The notes under the pieces are model-generated. The model ran no database searches, was not told where the DNA came from, and was given only the letters and a program-made list of their open reading frames with translations. This document shows positions 8,372 through 16,894 of a stretch of 64,000 nt of DNA, piece by piece. Origin of the DNA: a virus; IMG/VR virus record IMGVR_UViG_3300044613_003770, positions 1 to 64,000 of that record. One strand, 5' to 3'. Position 1 is the stretch's first letter. Every line of letters begins with the position of its first letter. The position numbers and the translations under genes are program-made.

Positions 8372-8582
8372 CTTTTTATAAAAACAAAGAACAAAATAAA
8401 ACAATGAAAGTAAAAATGCAAGTAAAAGCCGTTATTGAAGTTGAAGCTCAAACTACTGATGAAGCTTTTGATCTAATCCATGAAATTACAGATGATTCTT
8501 GGGAAATTGAAGAGATTGTTTGTTTGACAGATGGAGTTCCTAATGCGGAAAATTCTCCTTTTAATGAATAAATTTTTAAAAT

Positions 8583-8658
8583 AGGGATGTAGCTTAAAGG
8601 TCAAAGCAGCCGACTCATAATCGGTTGAGTGTGGGTTCGAATCCCACCGTCCCTACCA
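8583..8658 (+). tRNA. tRNA(CAT), probably Ile2 (lysidine type)
   Basis: GCCGA-CTCATAA-TCGGT arm resembles bacterial Ile2; paired 1:72; CCA. Confidence 0.85.
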
Positions 8659-8660
8659 TA

Positions 8661-8736
8661 CCTCCATTAACTCAATCGGTAGAGTATCTTCTTTATAAGG
8701 GGAAAGTTACTGGTTCAAGTCCAGTATGGAGGACCA
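8661..8736 (+). tRNA. tRNA-Ile(TAT)
   Basis: CCTCCAT/ATGGAGG acceptor; TCTTC-TTTATAA-GGGGA anticodon arm; CCA. Confidence 0.85.
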
Positions 8737-8907
8737 ATTTCCAATAACATGAAAATAACAATCGAAATCGAGGGTAATAAATTTGAAGCAGAAGGAGATT
8801 ATATTCCTGTTGTTTTGGATCAAGTCCTACATGAAGCAGGAGTACTTGAGTATGAAGAGAATGTTTTTTTTTCTAGACAAAGGTCAGCAAAAGAATTATT
8901 ATAGGTA

Positions 8908-9276
8908 TTGTTAAAAAATATTCAAATGATAGTCAATAAAATAAAAGATACATTAGAAAAAAAAGCACCTCTTATTGCTTTTCGTTCTATTAAATGGCCA
9001 AATGTAAGAGCAGCATTTTTAAAAGAAAATCCTAAATGCGCATGTTGTGGTGGAGAGAGTAATTTAAACGTACACCATGTTAAACCATTTCATTTGTTTC
9101 CAGAGCTTGAATTAGAACCAACAAACCTAATAACTCTTTGTGAAAAAAATTCAAAAGGTATGAATTGTCATATTTTATTAGGTCATTTGGGTAACTATAA
9201 AAATATTAATCCATATATATATCAAGACATAAAAATTTGGAGCAAACGTTATAAGAGTAAAAGATGCCTCTTATAA
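8908..9276 (+). CDS. HNH endonuclease
   Basis: W..VR.AFLKENPKCACCG...VHHVKP...NLITLC...CH..GH. Confidence 0.85.
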   Translation: MLKNIQMIVNKIKDTLEKKAPLIAFRSIKWPNVRAAFLKENPKCACCGGESNLNVHHVKPFHLFPELELEPTNLITLCEKNSKGMNCHILLGHLGNYKNINPYIYQDIKIWSKRYKSKRCLL

Positions 9277-9283
9277 CATATAA

Positions 9284-9374
9284 GGGTAGATGGCTGAGTT
9301 GGTCTAAGGCGCTCGACTTGAAATCGAGAGAGGTTTAATCGCCTCCGTGGGTTCGAATCCTACTCTACCCGCCA
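9284..9374 (+). tRNA. tRNA-Ser(TGA)
   Basis: Long variable arm, CTTGAAA loop, GCCA. Confidence 0.95.
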
Positions 9375-9417
9375 AGTTTAATATGATTAATGTTTAAAAA
9401 GTTGTGTAATAAAAGGT

Positions 9418-9657
9418 ATGGAGCCAAGATATTTGCAATCTTTAATTCATGCTGATTATAGTAATGAATCTAACATTTGGTCTTCATATAGATTACAGAT
9501 TAAATCTATATATGAATCATCATCATCTAAAGCAGATTTTAATGATCATTTGATTAGAGAGTATAATAAAAAAATAGATAGATTAAATCAATCTACAAGT
9601 TTATATATTTTACCATTCGATGGGGGTTTTAGATTTATTGGGGATTCTATAGTTTAA
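9418..9657 (+). CDS. hypothetical protein
   Basis: GTGTAA motif 8 nt upstream of ATG. Confidence 0.55.
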   Translation: MEPRYLQSLIHADYSNESNIWSSYRLQIKSIYESSSSKADFNDHLIREYNKKIDRLNQSTSLYILPFDGGFRFIGDSIV

Positions 9658-9676
9658 AATATATTATAAAAATATT

Positions 9677-9889
9677 ATGCCTTTACCAAAACCAAAGAAC
9701 AAAGAAAAGAGAAGCGACTTTATTGGTCGCTGCGTATCTCAAGTAGCAAAAGACCCAAAGTTTAAAGATAACAAACAAAGAGTTGCTATTTGCTATACTC
9801 AATTCAAAGAAGCAAAAGCTTCTGCAGATGGTGTAGTCGCTCTTGCTAATAATGATGAAATGCTTATTTTCCAGAATGAGTTGAATTAA
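9677..9889 (+). CDS. small phage protein (MPLPKP...F+.RC...QR.AICY type)
   Basis: Motif I recognise from phage head-region hypotheticals. Confidence 0.6.
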   Translation: MPLPKPKNKEKRSDFIGRCVSQVAKDPKFKDNKQRVAICYTQFKEAKASADGVVALANNDEMLIFQNELN

Positions 9890-9926
9890 TCATTTATTGG
9901 TGTATTTATATATATAAATATATTAT

Positions 9927-11225
9927 ATGTCAACTAGAACGATATCCTTGAAACCAGAAAATGGAGCGGCCACAATCACTGCTATTAATTGTGGAACTTC
10001 GTCACCTAAATTAGGCGGCACAATAGATGTCTCTGCTTTTCCTAATTTGCGGCAGTTTATATGTCAGGGTAATGATGTTACAGCTATTAGTGGCTATCAA
10101 AATAATGCAAATTTACGAGATATAAGACTTACAAGTAATAAAATTTCAGGATCACTGCCATCTTTTGCAGGAACTCCAAATTTGCGAGTTGCTAGTTATA
10201 CTAACAATTTATATACAGGTACTATTCCACCATGGAATAATGCTATAGCTAATTTTCAAGCTGCTCAAAATCAACTGACTGGCTCTATTCCAAATTTTAT
10301 TAATAACCGTTGGACTACATTGGTGATTCAGGATAATAATTTAACAGGAGGAATTCCGCCCGCTTTAAGCAATCAAAACGGTATGGTAACTTTTTCTTGT
10401 CATACAAACCCTAGTTTAGGAGGATCTATTCCCAATATTAATACACTGACACTATTAGACAGGTTTTTGGTTGCTTCATGTAATTTAACAGGCTCTATAC
10501 CAAATCTAACAAATAATGTAGATCTCACGGAGTGCTGGTTTCATAATAATAGTTTAACAGGCACTATACCAAATCTAACAAACAATATAAAACTAGAGTC
10601 TTTTTATTGTAATGACAATCAGTTAACTAGCTCTATTCCAAGTTTGACTGGGTTGACTAATTTGCAAGTTTTTCGTTGTTTTAACAACCAACTCACAGGA
10701 CCGATCCCAAGTTTAAGTGGGCTGACTAATTTGCAAAATTTTCGTTGCGACAACAATCAACTTACAGGGTCGATTCCAAGCTTGACTGGGTTGACTGGTT
10801 TGCGGGATTTTCAATGCCACACAAATCAACTCACAGGATCGATTCCAAGCTTGACTGGGTTGACTAATTTGCAAGTTTTTGATTGTGTTAATCAAACAGG
10901 ATCAACAAAACTCACAGGGTCGATTCCAAGCTTGACTGGGTTGACTGGTTTGCAAGCTTTTTATTGTAGTGCCAATCAACTTACTGATTTTGCTGGTGGA
11001 TCTGTTTCTAACACTTTGGGGCAATTTGAAGCACAGAATAATCAACTAACCTCAACCGCAGTAAATGCTATTCTAGCAGCGTTTGTAGCGGCTGGAAGAA
11101 CAATCGCAAGCGGGACATGTATATTGAATCTTGGCGGAACTAATGCTTCACCTACTGGAGGGGTAAATAATACAGACAAATTAACACTTGAAGGAAGAGG
11201 CTGGCTTGTAACTGTAACACCATAA
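9927..11225 (+). CDS. leucine-rich-repeat protein, plant-type LRR consensus
   Basis: About 12 repeats of NxLxGxIPxLxxLxxLxxFxC. Confidence 0.9.
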   Translation: MSTRTISLKPENGAATITAINCGTSSPKLGGTIDVSAFPNLRQFICQGNDVTAISGYQNNANLRDIRLTSNKISGSLPSFAGTPNLRVASYTNNLYTGTIPPWNNAIANFQAAQNQLTGSIPNFINNRWTTLVIQDNNLTGGIPPALSNQNGMVTFSCHTNPSLGGSIPNINTLTLLDRFLVASCNLTGSIPNLTNNVDLTECWFHNNSLTGTIPNLTNNIKLESFYCNDNQLTSSIPSLTGLTNLQVFRCFNNQLTGPIPSLSGLTNLQNFRCDNNQLTGSIPSLTGLTGLRDFQCHTNQLTGSIPSLTGLTNLQVFDCVNQTGSTKLTGSIPSLTGLTGLQAFYCSANQLTDFAGGSVSNTLGQFEAQNNQLTSTAVNAILAAFVAAGRTIASGTCILNLGGTNASPTGGVNNTDKLTLEGRGWLVTVTP

Positions 11226-11229
11226 TTTT

Positions 11230-11460
11230 ATGATGAATGTATATAAAGATCCTAAAAATGTAGAAACAAATCAAGACCAGTGGTGGTTTGTTTATGAAGA
11301 ACCTAGTAAAAATGTTATTGTAGAGCCTCAACAATGCTCTGGTTCTACTTCTGGACCACACACGATGGTTATTGCAGATACTAAAGAAGAGTGTGATCAG
11401 TATATTGCGGACAATGAATTATCACATCCAAATTACGAAGATTTAATTACAGAACAATAA
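11230..11460 (+). CDS. hypothetical protein
   Basis: Acidic 76-aa ORF directly after the LRR gene. Confidence 0.6.
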   Translation: MMNVYKDPKNVETNQDQWWFVYEEPSKNVIVEPQQCSGSTSGPHTMVIADTKEECDQYIADNELSHPNYEDLITEQ

Positions 11461-11472
11461 CATATACACTTT

Positions 11473-11546
11473 AGATCTATGGTGTAATGGTAGCACTACT
11501 GATTTTGATTTAGTCTGTTTGGGTTCAAGTCCTGATAGATCTACCA
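11473..11546 (+). tRNA. tRNA-Gln(TTG)
   Basis: AGATCTA/TAGATCT acceptor, TTTTGAT loop, CCA. Confidence 0.92.
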
Positions 11547-11548
11547 CT

Positions 11549-11638
11549 GGTGAGATGGCTGAGTGGTTTAAAGCACTCCCTTGCTAAGGGAACGTAGTAG
11601 AAATATTACCAAGGGTTCAAATCCCTTTCTCGCCGCCA
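11549..11638 (+). tRNA. tRNA-Ser(GCT)
   Basis: Long variable arm, TTGCTAA loop, GCCA. Confidence 0.93.
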
Positions 11639-11682
11639 TTTTTACTTGATTTATATTATAAATTATATTAAGATTTAAATCT

Positions 11683-12027
11683 ATGGAAGAAAAACAATAC
11701 GAACAACTCCAAAAATTGGTGATTAAATGGGCTGAGGATAGAAATATTTTTGAATATTCTAATCCAATCAAACAGTTGACGAAAACTCAAGAAGAGTTAG
11801 ATGAAACTATGGACGCTCTCGTTAAATTTATTGACGCTAAAAATGAAACAGAAAAAAATCAAGCGTTTCTTGAGGCGATTGATGGAATTGGTGATATGTT
11901 AGTTACAATTATTTTATTGGGCAAAATGATTAACATTGATACGGTAAAGGCTTTAGACACAGCTTATAATGTAATTAAAGACAGAAAAGGTAAAATGATT
12001 AACGGTTTATTTGTTAAAGAATCTTAA
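11683..12027 (+). CDS. MazG-like nucleotide pyrophosphohydrolase
   Basis: WAEDRNI, KTQEELDE, DGIGDMLVT, AYNVIKDRKGKMING.FVK. Confidence 0.85.
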   Translation: MEEKQYEQLQKLVIKWAEDRNIFEYSNPIKQLTKTQEELDETMDALVKFIDAKNETEKNQAFLEAIDGIGDMLVTIILLGKMINIDTVKALDTAYNVIKDRKGKMINGLFVKES

Positions 12028-12042
12028 ATAAATAATAAAAAA

Positions 12043-12174
12043 ATGGCAACTAAAACACTAAATAAAATCGATAAAAAAAGAGTAAAACGCAAGGGAATTC
12101 ATGCAAAAAGCAAGACTTCTCATTTGAAGCAGTCTAAAAATTATAAAAAACCCTATCGAAGGCAGGGTAAATAG
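12043..12174 (+). CDS. very basic 43-aa peptide
   Basis: MATKTLNKIDKKRVKRKG...KNYKKPYRRQGK; not in track. Confidence 0.55.
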   Translation: MATKTLNKIDKKRVKRKGIHAKSKTSHLKQSKNYKKPYRRQGK

Positions 12175-12187
12175 TGTAATATAAAAT

Positions 12188-12355
12188 ATGAAGAAAACAT
12201 TCATCATAATTATGTGCCTTTTCCAAGCCTCATGTGCTGGATTTATTGGGAGCGTAGATACTCCATACGGTTTCATTAAATTTAATGAAAAAAATGTAGA
12301 AATAGCACCAAAAGCTATTTCTTATGATGGAAAAGAAATAAAATCAACAAAATAA
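12188..12355 (+). CDS. small putative lipoprotein
   Basis: MKKTFIIIMCLFQASC lipobox-like; GTGTAA motif upstream; not in track. Confidence 0.5.
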   Translation: MKKTFIIIMCLFQASCAGFIGSVDTPYGFIKFNEKNVEIAPKAISYDGKEIKSTK

Positions 12356-12357
12356 AT

Positions 12358-12564
12358 ATGAACTTAGAATTGACATTACAATTGATTACATCGGTGTTGC
12401 AAAATAGCCCATACTTGAGCATTTTTACTGCAGTCGTTACTTTGGCTTCAGCTATTGCCGCTTCAACCCCAACCCCTAAAAAAGGAAGCGTACTCGGCAA
12501 AGCATACAGAATTGTAGATATTCTCGCTTTAAATATTGGAAAAGCAAAAGACAAGGGACAATAA
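12358..12564 (+). CDS. holin-like small membrane protein
   Basis: Hydrophobic segment, then ASAIAASTPTP...YRIVDILALNIGKAK. Confidence 0.55.
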   Translation: MNLELTLQLITSVLQNSPYLSIFTAVVTLASAIAASTPTPKKGSVLGKAYRIVDILALNIGKAKDKGQ

Positions 12565-12610
12565 ACCAAAAAAACCTTGACTGCTGAAATTATTTGAATA
12601 TAATGGACGC

Positions 12611-12733
12611 ATGACAGAAGAAATCGATAGACTTGAAGGAGCGTTTGACCGTTTGCAAGATCAATATGCCGCACTGCGGGAAGATGTTGAAAACATGATT
12701 GCAGTACTTCAAGGTCTAATTGGAGAGGAATAA
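12611..12733 (+). CDS. 40-aa acidic coiled-coil peptide (stand-alone transcription unit)
   Basis: TTGACT-N16-TATAAT-N6-ATG upstream, terminator downstream. Confidence 0.6.
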   Translation: MTEEIDRLEGAFDRLQDQYAALREDVENMIAVLQGLIGEE

Positions 12734-12741
12734 TAATAATT

Positions 12742-12768
12742 AAACCCCACCGAAAGGTGGGGTTTTTT
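12742..12768 (+). terminator. intrinsic terminator
   Basis: AAACCCCACC-GAAA-GGTGGGGTTT followed by T run. Confidence 0.9.
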
Positions 12769-12781
12769 AATCAATAAAATT

Positions 12782-12991
12782 ATGACTACTTATTATCTAA
12801 GAGAAAAAAATACTGCTGGTAAAGAAATTACAATTGATTTTGGCGATTCTTTTGATTCGATTAATCAAAGATTTCAAAATTATTGCTCTAATTTCCCACA
12901 AAATAAATATAAAATTCTTAAAAAAGAAACTGTGACTTCAGTCGTTAAAGAATCTGAAGATTATAGACAGTCTTTATTTTCTTTTGTTTAA
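12782..12991 (+). CDS. hypothetical protein
   Basis: 69-aa ORF. Confidence 0.5.
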   Translation: MTTYYLREKNTAGKEITIDFGDSFDSINQRFQNYCSNFPQNKYKILKKETVTSVVKESEDYRQSLFSFV

Positions 12992-13003
12992 AATCTGCAG
13001 TAT

Positions 13004-13064
13004 AGGTCAAGCTAGAGTTGACCTGTTGCGAAAAATTCAAACAGGGTCAAAAAAATCTTGACCC
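13004..13064. promoter_or_regulatory. tandem palindromic operators RGGTCAA-N7-TTGACCY
   Basis: 13004-13024 and 13044-13064; the second overlaps the -35 (TTGACC) of the rII promoter. Confidence 0.6.
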
Positions 13065-13094
13065 CAACCATATTTGCTGTAAACTGATTTCACT

Positions 13095-14987
13095 ATGAAA
13101 ACTGCCGCTATTGCCTCCCCAATTATTGCATCAGAAAACATGGAGAGTTCCGTAATGGGAATGGACTCCGTTGGAATGGATCTCGCAACATATTTCATGC
13201 GAGACAAGATCTATTCGAATAAGATTCGCGCAGTTGTGCGCGAGTATCTTTGTAATGCCGTTGATGAACATGTTAAATTTGATGTTAATCAACCTGTTCA
13301 AGTAGGTTTGCGCTCTGAAAACAACGAAGTTGTTTTTTATGTTCGTGATTATGCTAAAGGTCTTGATGAAGATGGTGTTCGCAACATTTTTGGAATGTAT
13401 TTCCGTAGTACAAAATCCAAATCGAACGATTCGATTGGTGGTTTTGGAGTTGGTTCAAAAGCGGGTCATTGCTACAATGATACATTTTTTGTCACCTCAT
13501 ATTTTAATGGTAAAAAAAGTGTGTACACTTGTATGCTTGGCGCTGGTGATTCTGGTGTTCCAGTTGGTCACATTTATAAAGTAGATGAGTGCGAAACCAA
13601 AGAAAGTGGTTTGGAAGTTTCTGTGCCAGTAAAGCATAGAGACTATACCTCTTTCGAAGAAGAGATTGATTTTTTTGTTTGTAATTCACCTCACGATATC
13701 GAATGTAAAATTTTTGAGCGTGAAACTTATAAACCAAATGAATTAGTTAATTCCATCGAATTCGATGGAATTAAAATCCGACTCTTAAAAACTAAAAACG
13801 AAAGTTATTCTTCTGGCAGTATTATTTTGCAAATGGGTGGAGTAACATATGGTCAGATTAGCATTTTTGAATTTGATTTTAAAATCAAAATGGGTCATGA
13901 GCTTTGTGTTGATATTCCAATTGGCTCAATGACTATTCCAATCAGTCGTGAATCTTTCGAGGAAACGCCTCAAAACAAAAATGTTATTAACCGCATTAAA
14001 GAAATCGTTCAAGAACTCGCTGATAAGGATCTTGCCCAATTTAAAGTCAAGGGTACTCTTGAACTTTTGAATGATCTTCTTGGTGGAATGCGGAATGGAG
14101 AATATGAGGGAAATGTTTTCTCATGCCGCACACAAAGTCTTTTTAAAGATGTTTGGAGCGTTGTTGGCAATTCTCACAAGCTATTTGATTCGGATGTGAC
14201 TAAAAAGAATGGCAAGCCAATTCTTGTTTCAATTCCAGATAATCATAACTCGGAGTACTGGCGTACAAAAGTTAGAAACTTTGCAAAAGATAACAATGAA
14301 AATTATTTTATTGTTTGTGAAAGCAGATTCTCTTCTAAAGATATTAATCCACAAAAAATTAATGATGCTTTAACTGTTATTTCTGCTAAGAAAATCAAAT
14401 ACCCCAAAGTAAAAAAGAATAATCAACTTTTTGCGGTATACGAACTTCATGGTAGAAAAATTGGTGAAATGACTTCTTTTGAGCTTCATAATCATGCTCG
14501 CGCACATAGAGGTCTTCCACTCGCAAGCGACGAAAATGAAGCAAGGGAACAGAATGAAGAGTATTTCTCTGACCTTGAAAAATGCGATATCGAATCTTTC
14601 ACTATCAGTTTAAAGAGTGGATCTCACCGATGCTATAGATGCAATTCAACATCTCTTATTAAAGAAATGAAAGAGTTGGGTTGGTTGGATTTCACCTCAG
14701 CAGAATGCAAAGAACTTCGGAGCAAACTTCAGAAACTTAAAGAAGAAAAATATCAGAAAAATTGCGTAATTAATGGTGCTAAAAAGTCATGGCTAATCTT
14801 TTCTGAAAAAACAGAAAAAAGAATTAAAGAATATAAAAACGCCAAACGTTTACAGGATCTGTGGGATAAAATTGATAAAGAAGATTCGACTCGCTCAAAG
14901 ATTATTAAATCTTTTAATAGTGGATCTTATTATTCCTCACCCAAATATTCTCGCGCCGAATTTAGAACCATCATGAAGTTGAAATAA
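13095..14987 (+). CDS. rIIA: RIIA-like protein (GHKL/HSP90-type ATPase N-domain)
   Basis: IYSNKIRAVVREYLCNAVD, VRDYAKGL, STK..SND.IGGFGVGSK, SRES; followed by rIIB. Confidence 0.88.
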   Translation: MKTAAIASPIIASENMESSVMGMDSVGMDLATYFMRDKIYSNKIRAVVREYLCNAVDEHVKFDVNQPVQVGLRSENNEVVFYVRDYAKGLDEDGVRNIFGMYFRSTKSKSNDSIGGFGVGSKAGHCYNDTFFVTSYFNGKKSVYTCMLGAGDSGVPVGHIYKVDECETKESGLEVSVPVKHRDYTSFEEEIDFFVCNSPHDIECKIFERETYKPNELVNSIEFDGIKIRLLKTKNESYSSGSIILQMGGVTYGQISIFEFDFKIKMGHELCVDIPIGSMTIPISRESFEETPQNKNVINRIKEIVQELADKDLAQFKVKGTLELLNDLLGGMRNGEYEGNVFSCRTQSLFKDVWSVVGNSHKLFDSDVTKKNGKPILVSIPDNHNSEYWRTKVRNFAKDNNENYFIVCESRFSSKDINPQKINDALTVISAKKIKYPKVKKNNQLFAVYELHGRKIGEMTSFELHNHARAHRGLPLASDENEAREQNEEYFSDLEKCDIESFTISLKSGSHRCYRCNSTSLIKEMKELGWLDFTSAECKELRSKLQKLKEEKYQKNCVINGAKKSWLIFSEKTEKRIKEYKNAKRLQDLWDKIDKEDSTRSKIIKSFNSGSYYSSPKYSRAEFRTIMKLK

Positions 14988-15028
14988 TCATTGACAAAAA
15001 TATCAATCTAACTTATTATAAATAGTAT

Positions 15029-16018
15029 ATGAAGTACATCATTAATGCCGCTGGAATCGTGTTCTTTCATCAGAACAAACCAATTAAAATTGACAAATCA
15101 TCGCCCCAATATTTGCGTGTTGTGAAGGCTTTTGACTTGCCAGAAAGTGAACAAGAGCAAGCAATTGTTGAAATCTTGGATCAAACCGCAGGTAACTTTG
15201 AACGAGATGGATTTAAAATCACTCCAGATGAAGTCATCTATAACAATGAAGTAATGCCGCGAGCATTGGCAGATAAGATTCGTGCAATCGCACAAGAAGG
15301 TTTGCCAGTTTCTATTTTTGCAAAATTCTGGGATAATCTTCAACTTAACCCTTCTGCAAATTCTGTTCGTGAGCTTTATGATTTCCTTGCCTATAAGGAG
15401 CTTCCAATTACTGAAGATGGATGCTTTCTCGCTTATAAAGGATTGACTAAAGATGGTTGGTCAATCTCTGGAAACAAAGAAACAAAAGTTCTTAAAGGTA
15501 AGGTTGATAATGCTGGTAGAATCTTTAATGGTCTAAACGAAGAAATTGAAGTTCGTCGTTGGGACGTTGATGATAATCGTCAAAATGGTTGCTCTTATGG
15601 ACTCCATGTTGGATCTCTTGATTATGCACAAGGTTTTGCCCAAGGACAGGTTGTTGTTGTAAAAGTCAATCCAAAAGATGTTGTTAGCGTTCCAGAGGAT
15701 TGTGGTTGCCAAAAGTGCAGGGTCTGTGCTTATAAAGTAGTTGATGTTTTCTCAAAAGAAATTGAATGCCCTGTTTGTGATGAATGCGGTGATGAAATTC
15801 TTAATGATGATCAAATTGAATATACTGAATTTGAAACGCGAATCGACAACTATATTCGTAAGAAGTATGAACAGGAATATGATCTCGTATCTGTTCGTGC
15901 AATCCAAAACTCTTTTTCTCCAGAGTATCCATCAAAGGTTCGTGTGCTTGATGCACTAAATACCCTTGGTTATACTTGGATTAAAGATGAAGATGGGAAT
16001 GAGCAAGTTCTCGTCTAA
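15029..16018 (+). CDS. rIIB: RIIB-like protein
   Basis: ELYDFL...LPITEDGCFLAYK, CSYGLHV, VKVNPKDVVSVP.D. Confidence 0.9.
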   Translation: MKYIINAAGIVFFHQNKPIKIDKSSPQYLRVVKAFDLPESEQEQAIVEILDQTAGNFERDGFKITPDEVIYNNEVMPRALADKIRAIAQEGLPVSIFAKFWDNLQLNPSANSVRELYDFLAYKELPITEDGCFLAYKGLTKDGWSISGNKETKVLKGKVDNAGRIFNGLNEEIEVRRWDVDDNRQNGCSYGLHVGSLDYAQGFAQGQVVVVKVNPKDVVSVPEDCGCQKCRVCAYKVVDVFSKEIECPVCDECGDEILNDDQIEYTEFETRIDNYIRKKYEQEYDLVSVRAIQNSFSPEYPSKVRVLDALNTLGYTWIKDEDGNEQVLV

Positions 16019-16036
16019 CAATGGCAGTGGCAATAA

Positions 16037-16074
16037 GCAGGAGGGGTTGGGGAACCCCTCCTGCACATCTTTTT
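16037..16074 (+). terminator. probable terminator after rIIB
   Basis: 12-bp stem GCAGGAGGGGTT/AACCCCTCCTGC. Confidence 0.7.
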
Positions 16075-16078
16075 AAAA

Positions 16079-16411
16079 ATGGCAAAGAACGATATCACAG
16101 GAGACGAAATTAAATCAAAAGCCCTTTCTAAACAAGGAAGGGAAAACTACGACTCTATTTTTAGAAAAAAACAAATGAAACCAAATTATAAATTAGCAAG
16201 CGCAAGTTGGTGTGGACCATGTTCAGCATTGAAATCTCGTATCGCAAAAGAAGGTCTTTCTGTTGAGATTGAAGATATGGATGACAATCCAGACTTTTTT
16301 AAGCATTTTAATATCAAATCTGTGCCACAACTCGTTGTTTTTTATGAATATTCTTTCGAGCTTATTTCTGGATCTGAAGAGATTGTTAAATTTATCAAAG
16401 AAAACCAATGA
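16079..16411 (+). CDS. thioredoxin/glutaredoxin-like protein
   Basis: WCGPC and IKSVP motifs; may be a small N-terminal peptide fused to a thioredoxin starting at 16175. Confidence 0.8.
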   Translation: MAKNDITGDEIKSKALSKQGRENYDSIFRKKQMKPNYKLASASWCGPCSALKSRIAKEGLSVEIEDMDDNPDFFKHFNIKSVPQLVVFYEYSFELISGSEEIVKFIKENQ

Positions 16412-16644
16412 GCGAATACGAAGGTCTACTTAAAATGGATGGTTATGATGACTGTCTTGTTGGTGTGGTTGAAAGATTTGGTGAAGATTCATATTTTATT
16501 TACGATAGAGAATTGGTTCTTGAAAAACTTCAAAAAGGTGGTATGTCTTATGAAGAGGCGCTTGAGTACTATGAATTTAATCAATTAGGTGCTTACGTTG
16601 GAGAAAGAACACCTGCATTTTTAATTAGAGATTATGAGCTATAA
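16408..16644 (+). CDS. hypothetical phage protein
   Basis: DGYDDC..GV...M..EEALEYYEFN..GAYVGE.TP. Confidence 0.7.
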   Translation: MSEYEGLLKMDGYDDCLVGVVERFGEDSYFIYDRELVLEKLQKGGMSYEEALEYYEFNQLGAYVGERTPAFLIRDYEL

Positions 16645-16892
16645 CTTATTTTTAGATGATTTAAGAAAACCAGAACACGCTTATATTTATCCCAAACGTA
16701 ATGGCGCTGGTTTGATCATTGAAACGCAAAGTTTAAAATATGTTTCTAATGTTGATAATGATAATTGGATTGTGGTAAGAAATTATGATGACTAAAAAAC
16801 AACAACTAAAAAATCTTCCAGAAGTTTTTATTCACAGCGCCAATAAATGGGGCGTTGAAGAAATTAAAAAAGTATTAAAACAATTATATTAA
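16634..16892 (+). pseudogene. split receiver-like (cyclic-phosphate-processing type) gene
   Basis: N-half LFLDDLRKP...WIVVRNYDD* (16634-16795) and C-half in another frame IHSANKWG (16785-16892); central part missing. Confidence 0.55.
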
Positions 16893-16894
16893 AT

